A stretch of DNA of 64,000 nucleotides, taken from the NCBI GenBank assembly GCA_041937175.2, contig CP166615.1:672001-736000 (forward strand), in the 5' to 3' direction. Made by a program: the position numbers and the translations under genes. The notes under the pieces are model-generated. The model did no database searches. It was not told where the DNA came from and saw nothing but the letters and a program-made list of their open reading frames with translations. Shown piece by piece: positions 9,835-21,221 of this stretch (positions are counted from its first letter, which is position 1; each line of letters opens with the position of its first letter). This stretch comes from Limnothrix sp. BL-A-16. Lineage in GTDB: Bacteria > Cyanobacteriota > Cyanobacteriia > CACIAM-69d.

Positions 9835-10608
9835 ATGACGAAAGCTGGTAAACGCCCCTCGCCCCCCTTGGCCGCCCTGATCGCCATTGTGGTTGGCACC
9901 GTGTTGGTCATTTCCTCGTTGCTGGACTATTTAATCCTGATCTTCCCGCCGGATTTGCAAAATCCTCAATGGTTGCTCAACACCATTTCTGAAATTGTGG
10001 GTCGCGGCATTGTGCCCATGGTTGGCATTTGCTTCCTGTTTGCAGGGCTGTGGATGAATTCCCGATCGGGTTTGCCCTCCGCCAAGAAAACATCGTTGAT
10101 GAACCCTCGGCTTTGGGTTTTGATTTTGTCGAGTGCGTTGGGTGTGTTGTTCCTGGTGTTATCCCCGATCTATATCAACGGCGTGAACAAGGCCAGCGCC
10201 AAGGAAGTGGAAAACATCGAAGCCCAAGCCAAGGCGGCCATGGATCAATTGGGAGAACCGGCAGAGCAATTCCGCGATCGGCTCAAGACCCTGCTGAAAA
10301 ATCCCCAAGAACTCGATCGGTTGATTAAGAGCGGTCAAGTGCCGCCGCAAGTGGTGCAACAACTGGAACAGGCGCGATCAAACCCGGCCGTTCTGGACTC
10401 TCAATTCAATCAATTCAAGCAAGAGCGGCAACAGGAAATTGACAAGCGGAAGACCGAGCTTGTGCAGCGCACCAAAACCGGCTCCATGAAAACCACCCTC
10501 CGCACCGGTCTCAGCAGCCTGGTTTTGGGTGTGGGTTATTTGTTCATGAGCTGGATGGGCTACACGAAACGCGGCTCCCGCGCACGTTCGGCCAGCCGAG
10601 CCAGTTAG
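9835..10608 (+). CDS. HpsJ-family membrane protein, paralog 2
   Basis: same topology, FPP...W...IVGRGIVPMVG motif. Confidence 0.72.
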   Translation: MTKAGKRPSPPLAALIAIVVGTVLVISSLLDYLILIFPPDLQNPQWLLNTISEIVGRGIVPMVGICFLFAGLWMNSRSGLPSAKKTSLMNPRLWVLILSSALGVLFLVLSPIYINGVNKASAKEVENIEAQAKAAMDQLGEPAEQFRDRLKTLLKNPQELDRLIKSGQVPPQVVQQLEQARSNPAVLDSQFNQFKQERQQEIDKRKTELVQRTKTGSMKTTLRTGLSSLVLGVGYLFMSWMGYTKRGSRARSASRAS

Positions 10609-10918
10609 GGCAATCATTTGACCGGCTCAACCGGCTCTCATTGGATTCAGGTTGGATTCAGGTTGGGTTGATTTTGAATTGGAGATTAGGGATTGATCGC
10701 GATGTTCAAGTCGCGGTCAATCTTCTAAAAGCGGCCAGCCCGATCCTGATCCGCCCCAATTCCAGATGCAGCCGACTTCGCCACGACATAACAGGAAGCA
10801 TCCTGATCGCAGTACTCGTTAGCGAATTACAGCAATTGTTGGGAAAGTCATAACGGAATTAACGGTGCATCGACTCGATCGGCCGTCACCGCTCGATCGC
10901 CCACCGATTCAAATCACC

Positions 10919-11782
10919 ATGTTTTCGATCTATATCCTCACCCACAACGAAGAAATCGATATTGCAGATTGCATCGAGTCTGCATTGCTGTCCGACGACA
11001 TCATTGTCGTTGACTCCCTCAGCACCGATCGCACTGTGGAAATCGCGCAAGACTACGCCCAGCGATCGCCCGTGCGCTTGGTGCAACACGCCTTTGAAAG
11101 CCACGGCAAACAGCGCACCTGGATGTTAGATCACGTTCCCACGCGGCATGATTGGGTTTACATCCTGGAAGCCGATGAACGGATGACCCCCGAACTTTTT
11201 CAGGAATGTTGCCAAACCATCCAACGGGCCCAACATGAGGCCTACTACGTGGCTGAACGGGTGATGTTCATGGGGCAATGGATTCGCCGCAGCACCCAAT
11301 ATCCCCGCTACCAACTGCGACTTTTTCGGAAAGATGCCGTCCGGTTTGATGACTACGGCCACACGGAGCGGGAGGTGGTGCAGGGAACCACGGGTTTTTT
11401 GCAAGAAACCTATCCCCACTTCACTTGCAGCAAGGGTCTGAGCCGCTGGCTGGATAAACACAACCGCTACTCCACCGATGAGGCCCAGGAAACCTTGGCC
11501 CAACTGTCGCGGGGCAACGTGTCTTGGCGTGATTTATTTTTTGGCAAGACGGAGGTGGCGCGGCGGCGGGCCCTCAAAAATTTATCCCTGCGGTTGCCTT
11601 GTCGTCCCTTAGTGCGATTTGTCTATATGTATTTCGTGCTGGGGGGCTGTTTGGATGGCCGAGGGGGATTTGCCTGGTGTGTGCTCCAGAGCTTTTATGA
11701 GTACCTGATTGTGCTGAAGGCTTGGGAGATGCGCTATGGCACAACCACCTCCCGATCGACCCCGCGCCTACGCAAGAACTAG
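10919..11782 (+). CDS. glycosyltransferase family 2
   Basis: SIYILTHNEE, VVDSLSTDRT, ILEADER, KHNRYS. Confidence 0.92.
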   Translation: MFSIYILTHNEEIDIADCIESALLSDDIIVVDSLSTDRTVEIAQDYAQRSPVRLVQHAFESHGKQRTWMLDHVPTRHDWVYILEADERMTPELFQECCQTIQRAQHEAYYVAERVMFMGQWIRRSTQYPRYQLRLFRKDAVRFDDYGHTEREVVQGTTGFLQETYPHFTCSKGLSRWLDKHNRYSTDEAQETLAQLSRGNVSWRDLFFGKTEVARRRALKNLSLRLPCRPLVRFVYMYFVLGGCLDGRGGFAWCVLQSFYEYLIVLKAWEMRYGTTTSRSTPRLRKN

Positions 11783-11979
11783 GGTTTTCAGCGGCCTGTC
11801 ACTCCACATCCTGTGATTCAGCAGCGGACTTGGGGCCGATCGACTCCGAATCAGCACCCAACTGCTGCCGAATTCAATTCCCGGCAAATTCCCAAAAATC
11901 ACGAATCCAGCGCTCGGGCAATGGCAGAATGGTGAAACGGCGGTTGCGGCCCCCTTGCCCCTGCCCAAGTCCTAAAGCA

Positions 11980-14046
11980 ATGCCTGAAACGGATCGCATG
12001 GAAGGCGCTCCTCCTGTGGGTTCTTCAACCAATCGTGCCCGCCGTTCCAGATCCTCGAAGCGGGCGGGTGGGCCCCAGCGGTTGGCTGGGGTCAAAACCG
12101 CGTCAATTCTGGATCTGTTGTTGGGCCAATTGCCGCAACTGCGCACCCAAAGCTATTTCAAAGCGTCCCTGACGGCCCTTTCCCACGCGATCGAGGATTT
12201 GGTGTTGGCGGGGCCGGGCGATCGCCCCTTAGTGATTGCCAGCTTTCAACGAGAACGGTTCTATCGCCAAGAGGCCCGCCGCTACCATCGGATTGCGCAC
12301 CAGAGCGATCGGGTCTATGTGCTCTCGGCCCCGGAGGCGGAGTTTCGCAGTGCTTCGGGGGAATACGAAACGGTGGCCTTTGAACCCACCGATGCATTGG
12401 CCAACGAGTGGCACTTGGTGGTGCTGGGTGATCGGTATGCGGCCTGTTTGATCTGTGCGGAACGCCAGGGCGGTGAATCCCAGGCCGATCGGGCGGGCAG
12501 CTTTGGGGCAGACGATCGAGTACGGCGGTTTGAGGGGGTTTGGACGTTCGATCGCCAGGCCACCCAAATGGCCGCCAGCCTCTTGCTGGAGCGAATCCGC
12601 ACCTACCGCCCCGAGTTGGGCGACAAAATCGATCGCACTCTGGCCGAGTTCTCCGACGGGGGCGGCCCCACCCTGCCCGAAATTGACCCGGAACCCTTTG
12701 CCCATCGCCTTGTGACCTATTTGCAAGCGGGGCAATATAAGCTGCTGAAAGCCTACCGCTCCATTTCCACCCAAGAGCGCAAGGAGCGGCTGGTTAACCT
12801 GATTACCTCGGCCATCCGCCAATCGTTGGATCCTTCAGAGGTGATGGGGGTGGCCGTGCGCCAATTGGGGCAAGCCCTCCGCTCCTGTCGCTGCATTGCC
12901 TACCGTTGCAAGGACGGCGATGCCACGGCCACGGTGCAGTATGAAATGTTGGGAGCCGCCGTGCCCTCCCTGTTGGGACAATCCTGGACGCTGATTAGTC
13001 AAGACTGTTTTCAATCGGCCCTTCAGAACCATGGTGGGGTTTGCGTTCTGGATCTGAATGAGGAACCCCAACCGGGCTTGGTGCAGGCAATTGCAGAACA
13101 GTATGCGATCGCCTCTTGGTCGATCGTGCCCGTGTGCTATCGAGACAAGCTGTTAGGGGCGATCGAGCTGCATCACTGCGGGAGTTTACCGCGCCTTTGG
13201 TCTGCCGATGAAACGGGGTTGATGGATGCGGTGGCCACTCAGTTGGGTGCGGCCCTAATGCAGGCCCAAACCTATGCCGACCTTGAGGATCTCAATCAGC
13301 AACTGGAAGCGCTCGATCGCACCCGTAGCAACCTAATTGCGATCACCGGCCACGAACTGCGCACGCCCCTTTCCACCATCCAGGTCTGCCTTGAAAGCTT
13401 GGCCTCGGAACCGGATATGCCCCTGGAATTGCGCCAAGTGATGCTGGATACGGCCTTGGGCGATGCGGAACGAATGCGCGTGCTGGTGCAGGACTTTCTC
13501 ACTTTGTCTCACCTGGAAAGTGGGCGCGTTAATTGGAACCTGGAACCCTTGCCGCTCACGGAATGTGTGGAACTGGCCCTCAGCAGTGTTCGGGCCCGCG
13601 TGCCCCGCGATCGACTGCCCCACATTGCCTCGCAAGTATCCGAAGCGTTGCCCCCCGTGCGGGCCGATGGGGAATGGTTGGTGGAGGTGCTGTCCAAGCT
13701 GCTGGACAATGCCTGTAAGTTCACCCAGCCCGAAGGAGCCGTGACCATTGAGGCGGGCCCCACCCCGGACGGGGCGATCGAGGTGGTGATTACCGACACG
13801 GGCCGGGGCATTGAACCCAACCGTCTGGAAACCGTGTTCGATCGGTTCTATCAAGAGGAAGGATCCCTCCGGCGCACCGTGGGCGGAACTGGCCTGGGTT
13901 TGGCGATCTGTCGGCAAATTATCCTTGGTCTGGGCGGGCAAATTTGGGCCGAGTCAGACGGCAAGGATCGCGGCAGCCAATTCCACTTCACAATTCCGGT
14001 TTTTGAGGGCGATCGACCCAGTTCCCTCAGCGACTTGATCGGCTAA
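11980..14046 (+). CDS. DICT-GAF sensor histidine kinase
   Basis: YFKASLTALSHAIED and EWHLVV (DICT), GAF, HELRTPL, LDNACKFT, DTGRGI, GGTGLGL; start uncertain (11980/11998/12016). Confidence 0.88.
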   Translation: MPETDRMEGAPPVGSSTNRARRSRSSKRAGGPQRLAGVKTASILDLLLGQLPQLRTQSYFKASLTALSHAIEDLVLAGPGDRPLVIASFQRERFYRQEARRYHRIAHQSDRVYVLSAPEAEFRSASGEYETVAFEPTDALANEWHLVVLGDRYAACLICAERQGGESQADRAGSFGADDRVRRFEGVWTFDRQATQMAASLLLERIRTYRPELGDKIDRTLAEFSDGGGPTLPEIDPEPFAHRLVTYLQAGQYKLLKAYRSISTQERKERLVNLITSAIRQSLDPSEVMGVAVRQLGQALRSCRCIAYRCKDGDATATVQYEMLGAAVPSLLGQSWTLISQDCFQSALQNHGGVCVLDLNEEPQPGLVQAIAEQYAIASWSIVPVCYRDKLLGAIELHHCGSLPRLWSADETGLMDAVATQLGAALMQAQTYADLEDLNQQLEALDRTRSNLIAITGHELRTPLSTIQVCLESLASEPDMPLELRQVMLDTALGDAERMRVLVQDFLTLSHLESGRVNWNLEPLPLTECVELALSSVRARVPRDRLPHIASQVSEALPPVRADGEWLVEVLSKLLDNACKFTQPEGAVTIEAGPTPDGAIEVVITDTGRGIEPNRLETVFDRFYQEEGSLRRTVGGTGLGLAICRQIILGLGGQIWAESDGKDRGSQFHFTIPVFEGDRPSSLSDLIG

Positions 14047-14099
14047 ATCTTAGGACTTTGAAATTCTGAAACTCAAGAAACTTAAGTAATATCATTTTA

Positions 14100-14241
14100 A
14101 GGCGTTTCTTTATTTGGTTCAAAAACATAGATCTGCCGTTAGCGGATTGTGTGAGACAAGGGCCTTAAGCTCCTTGTTACGACGATTAGGGCATAGAAGA
14201 TCAACCGTTTCAGCATCACCTCGAAAAATGACGACACCCCC
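14100..14241. mobile_element. MITE family B copy, reverse orientation, one end decayed
   Basis: reverse complement of the 6495 copy; TGACGACACCCCC|TA right end; palindrome variant at 14157-14176. Confidence 0.75.
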
Positions 14242-14276
14242 TAAGCCCTTAAAAGTTTGAGCAATCTACTCCAACC

Positions 14277-15665
14277 TTAAGGCGCGGCATCACTGCCCAG
14301 GCGCACCGTGATATCGGAACCTAAATCGCCCGTCGCCGATCGATCCAAGGAACCGTAGCCTAGCCGCCGTTGCACCAACTCAGCCAGATCCAGATCGCCG
14401 CCCTGGACAATGATTTGGGTGTCCCTTTGTACTTGGGGCCAAGCATCGATCGCCCGCACTTGTTGGAACCCCGCCCGCCGCAATTGGGCGATCGCGGCCG
14501 CCAACCGGGCCGGATCGCCACTGGCGTTTTGCACAGAAATGCGGCTGAAGGTTTGGCCGTATTGATCACGGGCGCTGGCGCTGAGGAGTTTGGTGCGCCG
14601 ACCCACGCCGGGTCGATCGGGCGGAAAGTAGCTTTCCAACAGGCGGGCAACGGCCTTGGGATCGGGGTTCCAAAAGTTACTGGCATCCATCTGACCCGGC
14701 AACAGTAACAGACGCACCTGCTCCGGCTCCTGCTGAATCAACAGATGAACCAGCGCCAACACTTCTGGGCGAGCCAGATCCGTGCGCAGGTATTTGTGAA
14801 CCCGTTGGGCAATTTGGGGCAACTGGGGCAACACACTGGGACTGAGGGCCCGATCGCGCAGGGCCCGTAACAGCAATTGCAACCGCTGCACCCGATCGAG
14901 TTCGCCCCAAGCACTATCCACACGGTAGCGGGCGAACTGTTCAGCCGCACTGCCATCCAAGCTTTGCCAACCGCTATCTAGTTGAATTTTGAGCTGTCCC
15001 GCCCGATCGCGGTAGCGCATCGCCTGGGGTACAGAGAGTTCCACCCCGCCCAACAGATCGACCAGTTCTCGCAAGCCTTCGGGATTCAGCCGCACGGTGC
15101 GATCGATCCGCAACCCGCCCAGGGTGTTGCTTACGGACTGCTGCACCAGGGCCGTGCCGCCGATGGTGTCCGCTTCGTGCAATGCGCCCACAGCTCCGTT
15201 GGGGAACGCCACCCGTGTATCCCGAGGCAACGACATCACCGTCACAGTGCCATCGGTGGGATCAAACCGAGCCAACCAAATAGCATCCGCATGACCATTC
15301 AAGGCTTCCGGCGCACCCAGGGGAATTCCGGGGGAAGGTTCCACCCCCAAAACCAAAATCGTGAGCGGTTGCAGGAGGCGATATTGCAACCCGCTGCGCC
15401 ACAGTTGCTCTAGGGTTTCATGGCGCATGAGGGGCACAACGGCCGGATCCAGGGGCATAAACAGGGCGGCGGCGGCTCCCAAGGTGGCCGAAATGGTGCC
15501 AATCGCCACGCCGGCCATCCCCCAAAACAGCAGGCGGGCTAACCAACCCGATCGCGGTTGTTGCCAATCGGCAGCCACCCACCGGCCCACCCGATCGGGA
15601 TAGGGGGTGGCGGGCGGCTGGGCCGGTTGATCTGCGGGGGAGGAAAAGGGAGAAAACTGACTCAA
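14277..15665 (-). CDS. LCP (LytR-CpsA-Psr) family protein with C-terminal LytR_C domain
   Basis: TM helix, ILVLG, SLPRDT, QFARYR, RVQR; SVQNASG and DITVRLGSD at the C-terminus. Confidence 0.88.
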   Translation of the reverse strand: MSQFSPFSSPADQPAQPPATPYPDRVGRWVAADWQQPRSGWLARLLFWGMAGVAIGTISATLGAAAALFMPLDPAVVPLMRHETLEQLWRSGLQYRLLQPLTILVLGVEPSPGIPLGAPEALNGHADAIWLARFDPTDGTVTVMSLPRDTRVAFPNGAVGALHEADTIGGTALVQQSVSNTLGGLRIDRTVRLNPEGLRELVDLLGGVELSVPQAMRYRDRAGQLKIQLDSGWQSLDGSAAEQFARYRVDSAWGELDRVQRLQLLLRALRDRALSPSVLPQLPQIAQRVHKYLRTDLARPEVLALVHLLIQQEPEQVRLLLLPGQMDASNFWNPDPKAVARLLESYFPPDRPGVGRRTKLLSASARDQYGQTFSRISVQNASGDPARLAAAIAQLRRAGFQQVRAIDAWPQVQRDTQIIVQGGDLDLAELVQRRLGYGSLDRSATGDLGSDITVRLGSDAAP

Positions 15666-15713
15666 CGCTGACCTTAGACCTAATTACGAATTGAAATTTA
15701 CGAAATGGGATTA

Positions 15714-15856
15714 GGGCATGTCGTCAAATCGCCCGAAACCCTGATTTCACCGTTGGCAGATCGTGGGGGGCAAGGGGCTTAAGCCCCTTGTCTAGGGCGG
15801 CTAGGGGATTGAAGATCAACCGTTTTTACTGGATCCCAGGGCATGACGACAGGCCC
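15714..15856. mobile_element. MITE family B copy (143 bp)
   Basis: TA|GGGCATGTCGTCA...TGACGACAGGCCC|TA; perfect palindrome at 15771-15790. Confidence 0.88.
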
Positions 15857-15910
15857 TAATGAGAAAATGCGATTTCTTGTTGTTTGGATGAGTTCTCTAG
15901 CCGATCGCGC

Positions 15911-16954
15911 TCATACCTTGGGCGACAAGCGCATTGTAAGCCGTAAATAGATGGCGATCGGCTGACCTGTGGCAGTGAGGGCCGGCAAAAAGCGCAGTTG
16001 GGCGGCGCGGGCTTCGAGGGCCTGTTGGGTTGTCACACTTAAGCCCGGGGTCAGCAATCCCGCAAAGCCAACGGAGCCATCGGCCATCACGGCTAACCGC
16101 AAATCCACCGCCCGATCGGCCCAATTGGCTAACTCTGGATAGTCTCGCAAGTTCAAACTCGGTGGCGCGGATTGCAACTGGGGCAAGCGGCTCAGGTCGG
16201 CCGCTTGGACGATCGGGCTGCCATCGCCCGGTGTGGTTAGTTCTAACCCAACAATCGCCAGGCCGAATGCTTGGTTTCCCCCCTGGCCTGGGTTGGGGTT
16301 GGTGCTGGGGCCGCCGGAATTCCCGGTATTGGGAGCGGGCGGGCTATTGGGATTTGGCCCCGTGCCATTGGGAGCAGGATTCGGGGTGATCGGGCGATTT
16401 GGGGGCGCATTTTGCCAACCGGGAGCGGCATAGTCCGGGGGCAGGTTCGGATCGATCGGGTCGGGGTTGAAGGGTCGATCGGGAACCGGGGCCCCACCAG
16501 TCGGCTCACCGGGCCAGCGGGGTTGGCTGGCCGCGCCGGGCCCCGAGCCTTGCAGTTGCCCCGGATCCACTTGCCGCAACGGAGCCAGCGGCCGCAACGG
16601 TTGCCCCGCAGCGGGATTGGCCGGAGGAGCACCAGGAGCAGCCGGATTAGCCGCCGCACTCGCGGGATTGCCTGCAACAGGATTGGCGGGATTATTGGGG
16701 GAGTTCGGCCCCGTTGCGGTTGCTGAACTCCCCGCCGCTGGCAAGGTCACCCGCACCACCGGCAAGGGCCCCGCCGCCGGCCCCGCTTGGGCCCCCGATC
16801 GCCCCAAACTCCAGAGGGCCAACCCGTGAAGGGCGATCGCGCCCAAGACCGCTCCCCCCCAAAATCGGCGCGATCGGGTTGCCGGTTGGTAGTGAATGGG
16901 CAAGCCTTCCGGAGCAACGGCATGGGTCGATCGATCAACGGGGCGATCGGGCAT
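15911..16954 (-). CDS. Pro-rich TonB-like membrane-anchored protein
   Basis: N-terminal TM with His (AIALHGL), long Pro/Asn/Gly linker, C-terminal domain with V..DGSV and RFLPA...GQPI like TonB_C. Confidence 0.6.
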   Translation of the reverse strand: MPDRPVDRSTHAVAPEGLPIHYQPATRSRRFWGGAVLGAIALHGLALWSLGRSGAQAGPAAGPLPVVRVTLPAAGSSATATGPNSPNNPANPVAGNPASAAANPAAPGAPPANPAAGQPLRPLAPLRQVDPGQLQGSGPGAASQPRWPGEPTGGAPVPDRPFNPDPIDPNLPPDYAAPGWQNAPPNRPITPNPAPNGTGPNPNSPPAPNTGNSGGPSTNPNPGQGGNQAFGLAIVGLELTTPGDGSPIVQAADLSRLPQLQSAPPSLNLRDYPELANWADRAVDLRLAVMADGSVGFAGLLTPGLSVTTQQALEARAAQLRFLPALTATGQPIAIYLRLTMRLSPKV

Positions 16955-17259
16955 GGTCTTTCACTAAATGTCCAACTTGATTCCAAATTCGTCCGATGAT
17001 TCAGAAAACCATTCGGACAATCATCCCGAGATTCAGCCCAAGATTTCCCGCAAAATCCAAAGTGGGGTTTCCTGCTGGTCGCCACCTGTTTCAAAATTAA
17101 CGATTAATCAAACCATTCATCAGCCCATTCGCTAGCCGATTCATTCACCCGAAATTCTGCCACCGCGCTTTCGCGCCTTCAAGAATCCCACTTTGGCCCA
17201 CTGCCCAAGCGACTTCAAACCGGCCCCAACCTGTTAATTAACCTTTGCAAACCAATCCT

Positions 17260-17877
17260 ATGACCGCCACCAGCACCGCACCTCAGCTCACCAGCGCCCT
17301 CGACTATTTCCGCCAAAGCGCCGGCCAATGGCAATCCCAGCGAGTAACCCATCACTTGGCCTTTCGACGGGCCGAAGTGGGCGAGTCGGAAATTCAGGTG
17401 GAAATGCTAGAGGTCACCGATCCGCGTTTGGCCGAAATTTGCCAGATGTATGACATTGACCCTGCCGCTGCGGCCGGTGGGGCCCTGGTGACCTGGAAAA
17501 GCTTGATGGCTTGGGATGCTTCTGAGGAAGACAACCACGAGGGGCAAACGGTGATGGTGATTGTGCCGGATGCCACGGACGATCGCCGAGGCAAGCTGCT
17601 GCGGGAACGGGGCTATGCAGAAACGGCTCCCGTGGCCGGTGAATATCACCTGGACGAGGAAGGGGGCATGGTTTTAACCACGGAATACGAAACCATGAGT
17701 TCCGTGGAGCGCTTTTGGTTTCCCAATCCGGATTTGCGGATGCGCACCAGTGTGCTGAAGCGGTTTGGCGGTTTCAACACGGCCACGTTCTGCACGGAAG
17801 TACGGGTGGGCTGCAATCAATCGGCGGTGGCGGCCGGGGGCGATCGGGAGCAGGCGATCTCGGCCCTGGGTTGGTAA
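17260..17877 (+). CDS. cpcS: CpcS/CpeS-type phycobiliprotein lyase
   Basis: SAGQWQSQRVTHHLAFRRAE, LLRERGYAE, ERFWF..PDLRMR, ATFCTEVR. Confidence 0.9.
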   Translation: MTATSTAPQLTSALDYFRQSAGQWQSQRVTHHLAFRRAEVGESEIQVEMLEVTDPRLAEICQMYDIDPAAAAGGALVTWKSLMAWDASEEDNHEGQTVMVIVPDATDDRRGKLLRERGYAETAPVAGEYHLDEEGGMVLTTEYETMSSVERFWFPNPDLRMRTSVLKRFGGFNTATFCTEVRVGCNQSAVAAGGDREQAISALGW

Positions 17878-18345
17878 TGCCTGAGTGGGTAATGCCTGAG
17901 TGGGTCGCGATCGGGTTAGCAAATCCCGGGTTGGCCATCCAGGAGCGATCGACCGCCGAATTCCTCAGAATCCGACTTGGTTCGTGAAGAACCACCAGCG
18001 ACGCGAAACGCTTTGGTACAATTTGCGGTAGCTAGCAATGCTTTTAAACAGTGGAGTGCTTCGGCGCTTCTGCTGACCGGGCGATCAACGCCTGGCCCCA
18101 TCCGGCCAACACAGGCGCGATCGCACCATTCCCACAGCGAACCATGCGCGGCTCCCCGTGCATGTCAAGCTTTATTAAGCGTTTTTCAGGAACCGTGCTT
18201 GCCCTCACAGCAATCTCGTAACCTGAAAAATGGCAAATTTGGCAGCGTCACCTTGTTGGTTCCTGCCAGCCGATGTGCCTTTAACAAGCGCACGTTAACA
18301 AAGCCCGTGACTTTTTGAGACTACCGAGACTACGGAGATTCTGAC

Positions 18346-19107
18346 GTGGCTATTCCTGTATTGAGCTTCTCCCCTTCTTCGCAAAACCAACGTGTGGCTG
18401 GTTACGAAGTGGGCAGTGAAGAGCAACCGAAAATTTACGCAATCGAAAACGTCTTCTCTGGCGGTGACATGGACGAGCTGATCTGGGCGGCCTATCGCCA
18501 GGTCTTCAGCGAGCACCAAAACATCGCGAACAACCGCCAAACTTTCCTGGAATCGCAACTCCGCTACGGTCAAATCACCGTTAAGGATTTCATCCGGGGC
18601 TTGGCCACGTCGGACAGCTTCCGCCGCTTGAACCTGGATACCAACAGCAACTATCGCTTCGTGGAAATCTGCGTTCAGCGGATTTTGGGCCGCGACGTGT
18701 ATAGCGAGCGGGAAAAGATTGCTTGGTCGATCCTGCTGCCCACCAAGGGTCTGCAAGGTTTCATCGATGCGCTGGTGGATAGCGAAGAATACGCCGCCAA
18801 CTTCGGTGACAACACGGTTCCTTTCCAGCGTCGTCGTGTGCTGCCCCAGCGCACCGGAGGCGAAACCCCCTTCAACCTGAAGACTCCTCGCTACGAGGCT
18901 TACCACCGCAGCCAACTGGGCTTCCCGCAAGTGGTGTGGCAAAACTCGGTGCGTCGCTTCACTCCCCAAGAGAAGAAAATTGGCGCTGGCAGCCCCGCCG
19001 GTTTCCTTGGCATGGCTCGTTCGGTAACTCCCTCGCTGCCGGTGGTGTCCCGCACGCCTCTGGCCAACATCAACATCGCCACCGCCGTGCCCTATCGCAA
19101 GCGCTAA
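18346..19107 (+). CDS. cpcG: phycobilisome rod-core linker CpcG
   Basis: [51 protein letters not shown]; hydrophilic C-terminus (not CpcL). Confidence 0.95.
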   Translation: MAIPVLSFSPSSQNQRVAGYEVGSEEQPKIYAIENVFSGGDMDELIWAAYRQVFSEHQNIANNRQTFLESQLRYGQITVKDFIRGLATSDSFRRLNLDTNSNYRFVEICVQRILGRDVYSEREKIAWSILLPTKGLQGFIDALVDSEEYAANFGDNTVPFQRRRVLPQRTGGETPFNLKTPRYEAYHRSQLGFPQVVWQNSVRRFTPQEKKIGAGSPAGFLGMARSVTPSLPVVSRTPLANINIATAVPYRKR

Positions 19108-19205
19108 GTGGGACGATCGGGCGATGACTGTCAGGGGCTTGGGCCCCGGTCATTGCTCGGTTTCTGGGTTTTGCAGGACGAAACTCAACAACTCATCACA
19201 ACGCA

Positions 19206-19247
19206 ACAGAGGGCCGGGATAATTCCTGGCCCTCTGTGTTTGCTTTT
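19206..19247. terminator. putative intrinsic terminator between convergent cpcG and groEL2
   Basis: ACAGAGGGCC...GGCCCTCTGT stem followed by a T-rich tract. Confidence 0.65.
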
Positions 19248-19386
19248 GCCTCAGTCGCTGATTCAGGTTTTGATTCAGGTTTTGAGCTGGGGCGCTGACA
19301 GGCTGTTGAGATGATGGGAGCTGCGGCGGGCCCGATGGGGGCCCAATCGCAGCTAGGCAAACTGGAGCGGGCGATCGATCCGGGAA

Positions 19387-21093
19387 TTACATCCCGAAGC
19401 CGCCCATACCCATACCACCCATGCCCATACCACCCATGCCCATACCGCCCATACCACCCATGCCGCCCATGCCACCCATGGGATCACCACCGGCGGGAGC
19501 TGCGGGTTTCGGTTCGGGTTTGTCAACCACGATCGCCTCGGTGGTCAGCACCAAACCGGCGATCGAGGCAGCATTTTGCAGGGCTGTCCGCAACACCTTA
19601 GCCGGGTCAATGATTCCCATCGCTTGGGTGTCTTCGTAGGTTCCGGTCAGCGCGTTGAAGCCGATGTTGTCGCCTTGGTTGCGTACCTTCTCAACCACCA
19701 CGGAGCCTTCATAACCGGCGTTTTCGGCAATTTGGCTGAGGGGGGCGGTCAAGGCTTTCGCCACAATGCTGGCCCCGATCGCCTCTTCCTCGTTCAGGGT
19801 GGTCTTGAAGCTTTCGGCCAGTTTGGCCAGGCGCATCAGAGTTGCTCCACCACCGGCCACCACCCCTTCCGCGATCGCGGACTTGGTGGCGTTCACGGCA
19901 TCTTCAATTCGCAGCTTCCGTTCCTTCAGTTCGGTTTCGGTGGCCGCGCCCACTTTAATCACAGCCACACCACCGATCAAGCGAGCGATCCGCTCTTGCA
20001 GCTTTTCGGTGTCGTAGTCGCTGTCAGTGGCAGCCAGTTCATCCTTGAGCTGTTGCACCCGGGCGGTAATGGCGGCCTGATCAGCCCGATCGCCCGCCAC
20101 GATCGTGGTCGAATCCTTGGTGATCGTCACCTTTTGGGCATATCCCAAAACGCTGGTATCACAGGATTCCAGCTTCGTGCCCGTCTCTTCGCTAACCACC
20201 TGGCCGCCAACCACGAGGGCAATATCTTCGAGCATGAACTTGCGGCGCTCGCCAAAGCCCGGAGCTTTCACAGCGGCCACGTTCAGCACGCCCCGCAGTT
20301 TGTTGATCACCAGGGTTGAAAGCGCATCGCCTTCAATATCTTGGGCAATGATCAACAGCGATTTGCCATCGCGCACCACCCCTTCCAGAATGCTCACAAT
20401 TTCCGTGAGGCTATTGATTTTGCCGTCCGTCAGCAGCACAGCCACATTGTGCAACTCCGTGATCATCCGTTCGGAATCGGTCACGAAGTAGGGAGAAGTG
20501 TAGCCGCGATCGAACTGCATCCCTTCCACCACGTCCATTTCGGTGGTCAAGGACTTCGACTCTTCCACGGTGATCACGCCGTTTTGGGTGACCCGATCGA
20601 AGGCATTGGCGATCGTGCTGCCGATTTCCGGGTCGCTACCGGCGGCCACAGCGGCAATTTGGGCGATCGCCTCGTTGCCGCTAATCGGTTGCGCCAGCTC
20701 GTTAATTTCCGCCACCAACCGGGCAACGGTCTTGTCAATCCCGCGCCGCAGGGCCACGGGGTTGGTACCGGCGGTCACATTTTTCATGCCCTCGCGCACT
20801 AGGGCTTGGGCCAATACGGTGGCTGTCGTGGTTCCGTCACCCGCAATATCTTTGGTCTTGATGGCCACTTCGCGCACCAAGCGAGCACCCGTATTCTCCA
20901 GGGGGCTTTCCAATTCAATTTCTTTCGCGATCGTGATGCCGTCATTCACGATGCTGGGAATACCAAATTTCTTTTCCAGCAAAACGTTTCGGCCTTTGGG
21001 GCCCAGCGTGACGCGCACGGCATCGGCCAAGGCGTTAACACCGTTTTCGAGGGCGCGGCGCGATTCGTCGCTGAAGGAGACGATCTTAACCAT
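19387..21093 (-). CDS. groEL2: chaperonin GroEL2 (monocistronic, no groES)
   Basis: [31 protein letters not shown], long GGM tail. Confidence 0.96.
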   Translation of the reverse strand: MVKIVSFSDESRRALENGVNALADAVRVTLGPKGRNVLLEKKFGIPSIVNDGITIAKEIELESPLENTGARLVREVAIKTKDIAGDGTTTATVLAQALVREGMKNVTAGTNPVALRRGIDKTVARLVAEINELAQPISGNEAIAQIAAVAAGSDPEIGSTIANAFDRVTQNGVITVEESKSLTTEMDVVEGMQFDRGYTSPYFVTDSERMITELHNVAVLLTDGKINSLTEIVSILEGVVRDGKSLLIIAQDIEGDALSTLVINKLRGVLNVAAVKAPGFGERRKFMLEDIALVVGGQVVSEETGTKLESCDTSVLGYAQKVTITKDSTTIVAGDRADQAAITARVQQLKDELAATDSDYDTEKLQERIARLIGGVAVIKVGAATETELKERKLRIEDAVNATKSAIAEGVVAGGGATLMRLAKLAESFKTTLNEEEAIGASIVAKALTAPLSQIAENAGYEGSVVVEKVRNQGDNIGFNALTGTYEDTQAMGIIDPAKVLRTALQNAASIAGLVLTTEAIVVDKPEPKPAAPAGGDPMGGMGGMGGMGGMGMGGMGMGGMGMGGFGM

Positions 21094-21153
21094 AGGGGTG
21101 TGGGGTCGCTATCCGTGATTTACCAATGGTTCACCCCAAGACTGTATGCAAAT

Positions 21154-21180
21154 TTGGCACTCTCGGAAAGGGAGTGCTAA
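21154..21180 (-). promoter_or_regulatory. CIRCE element (HrcA operator)
   Basis: minus strand TTAGCACTC-N9-GAGTGCCAA, one mismatch to consensus, 60 bp upstream of groEL2. Confidence 0.92.
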
Positions 21181-21221
21181 CCGAACCTATGGAATTTTCC
21201 CGGATTAATTTTCCCCGGTTA

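Noticed and set aside
11722..11979. Long N-terminal extension of the DICT kinase overlapping the GT2 gene
   Set aside because: It is probably an ORF-caller extension; the conserved domain starts near 12100.
19390..19480. Microsatellite-like repeat
   Set aside because: It encodes the normal Gly-Gly-Met tail of GroEL.
21171..21186. K-box upstream of groEL2
   Set aside because: GTTCGG is present, but the second half does not match the consensus and overlaps the CIRCE.
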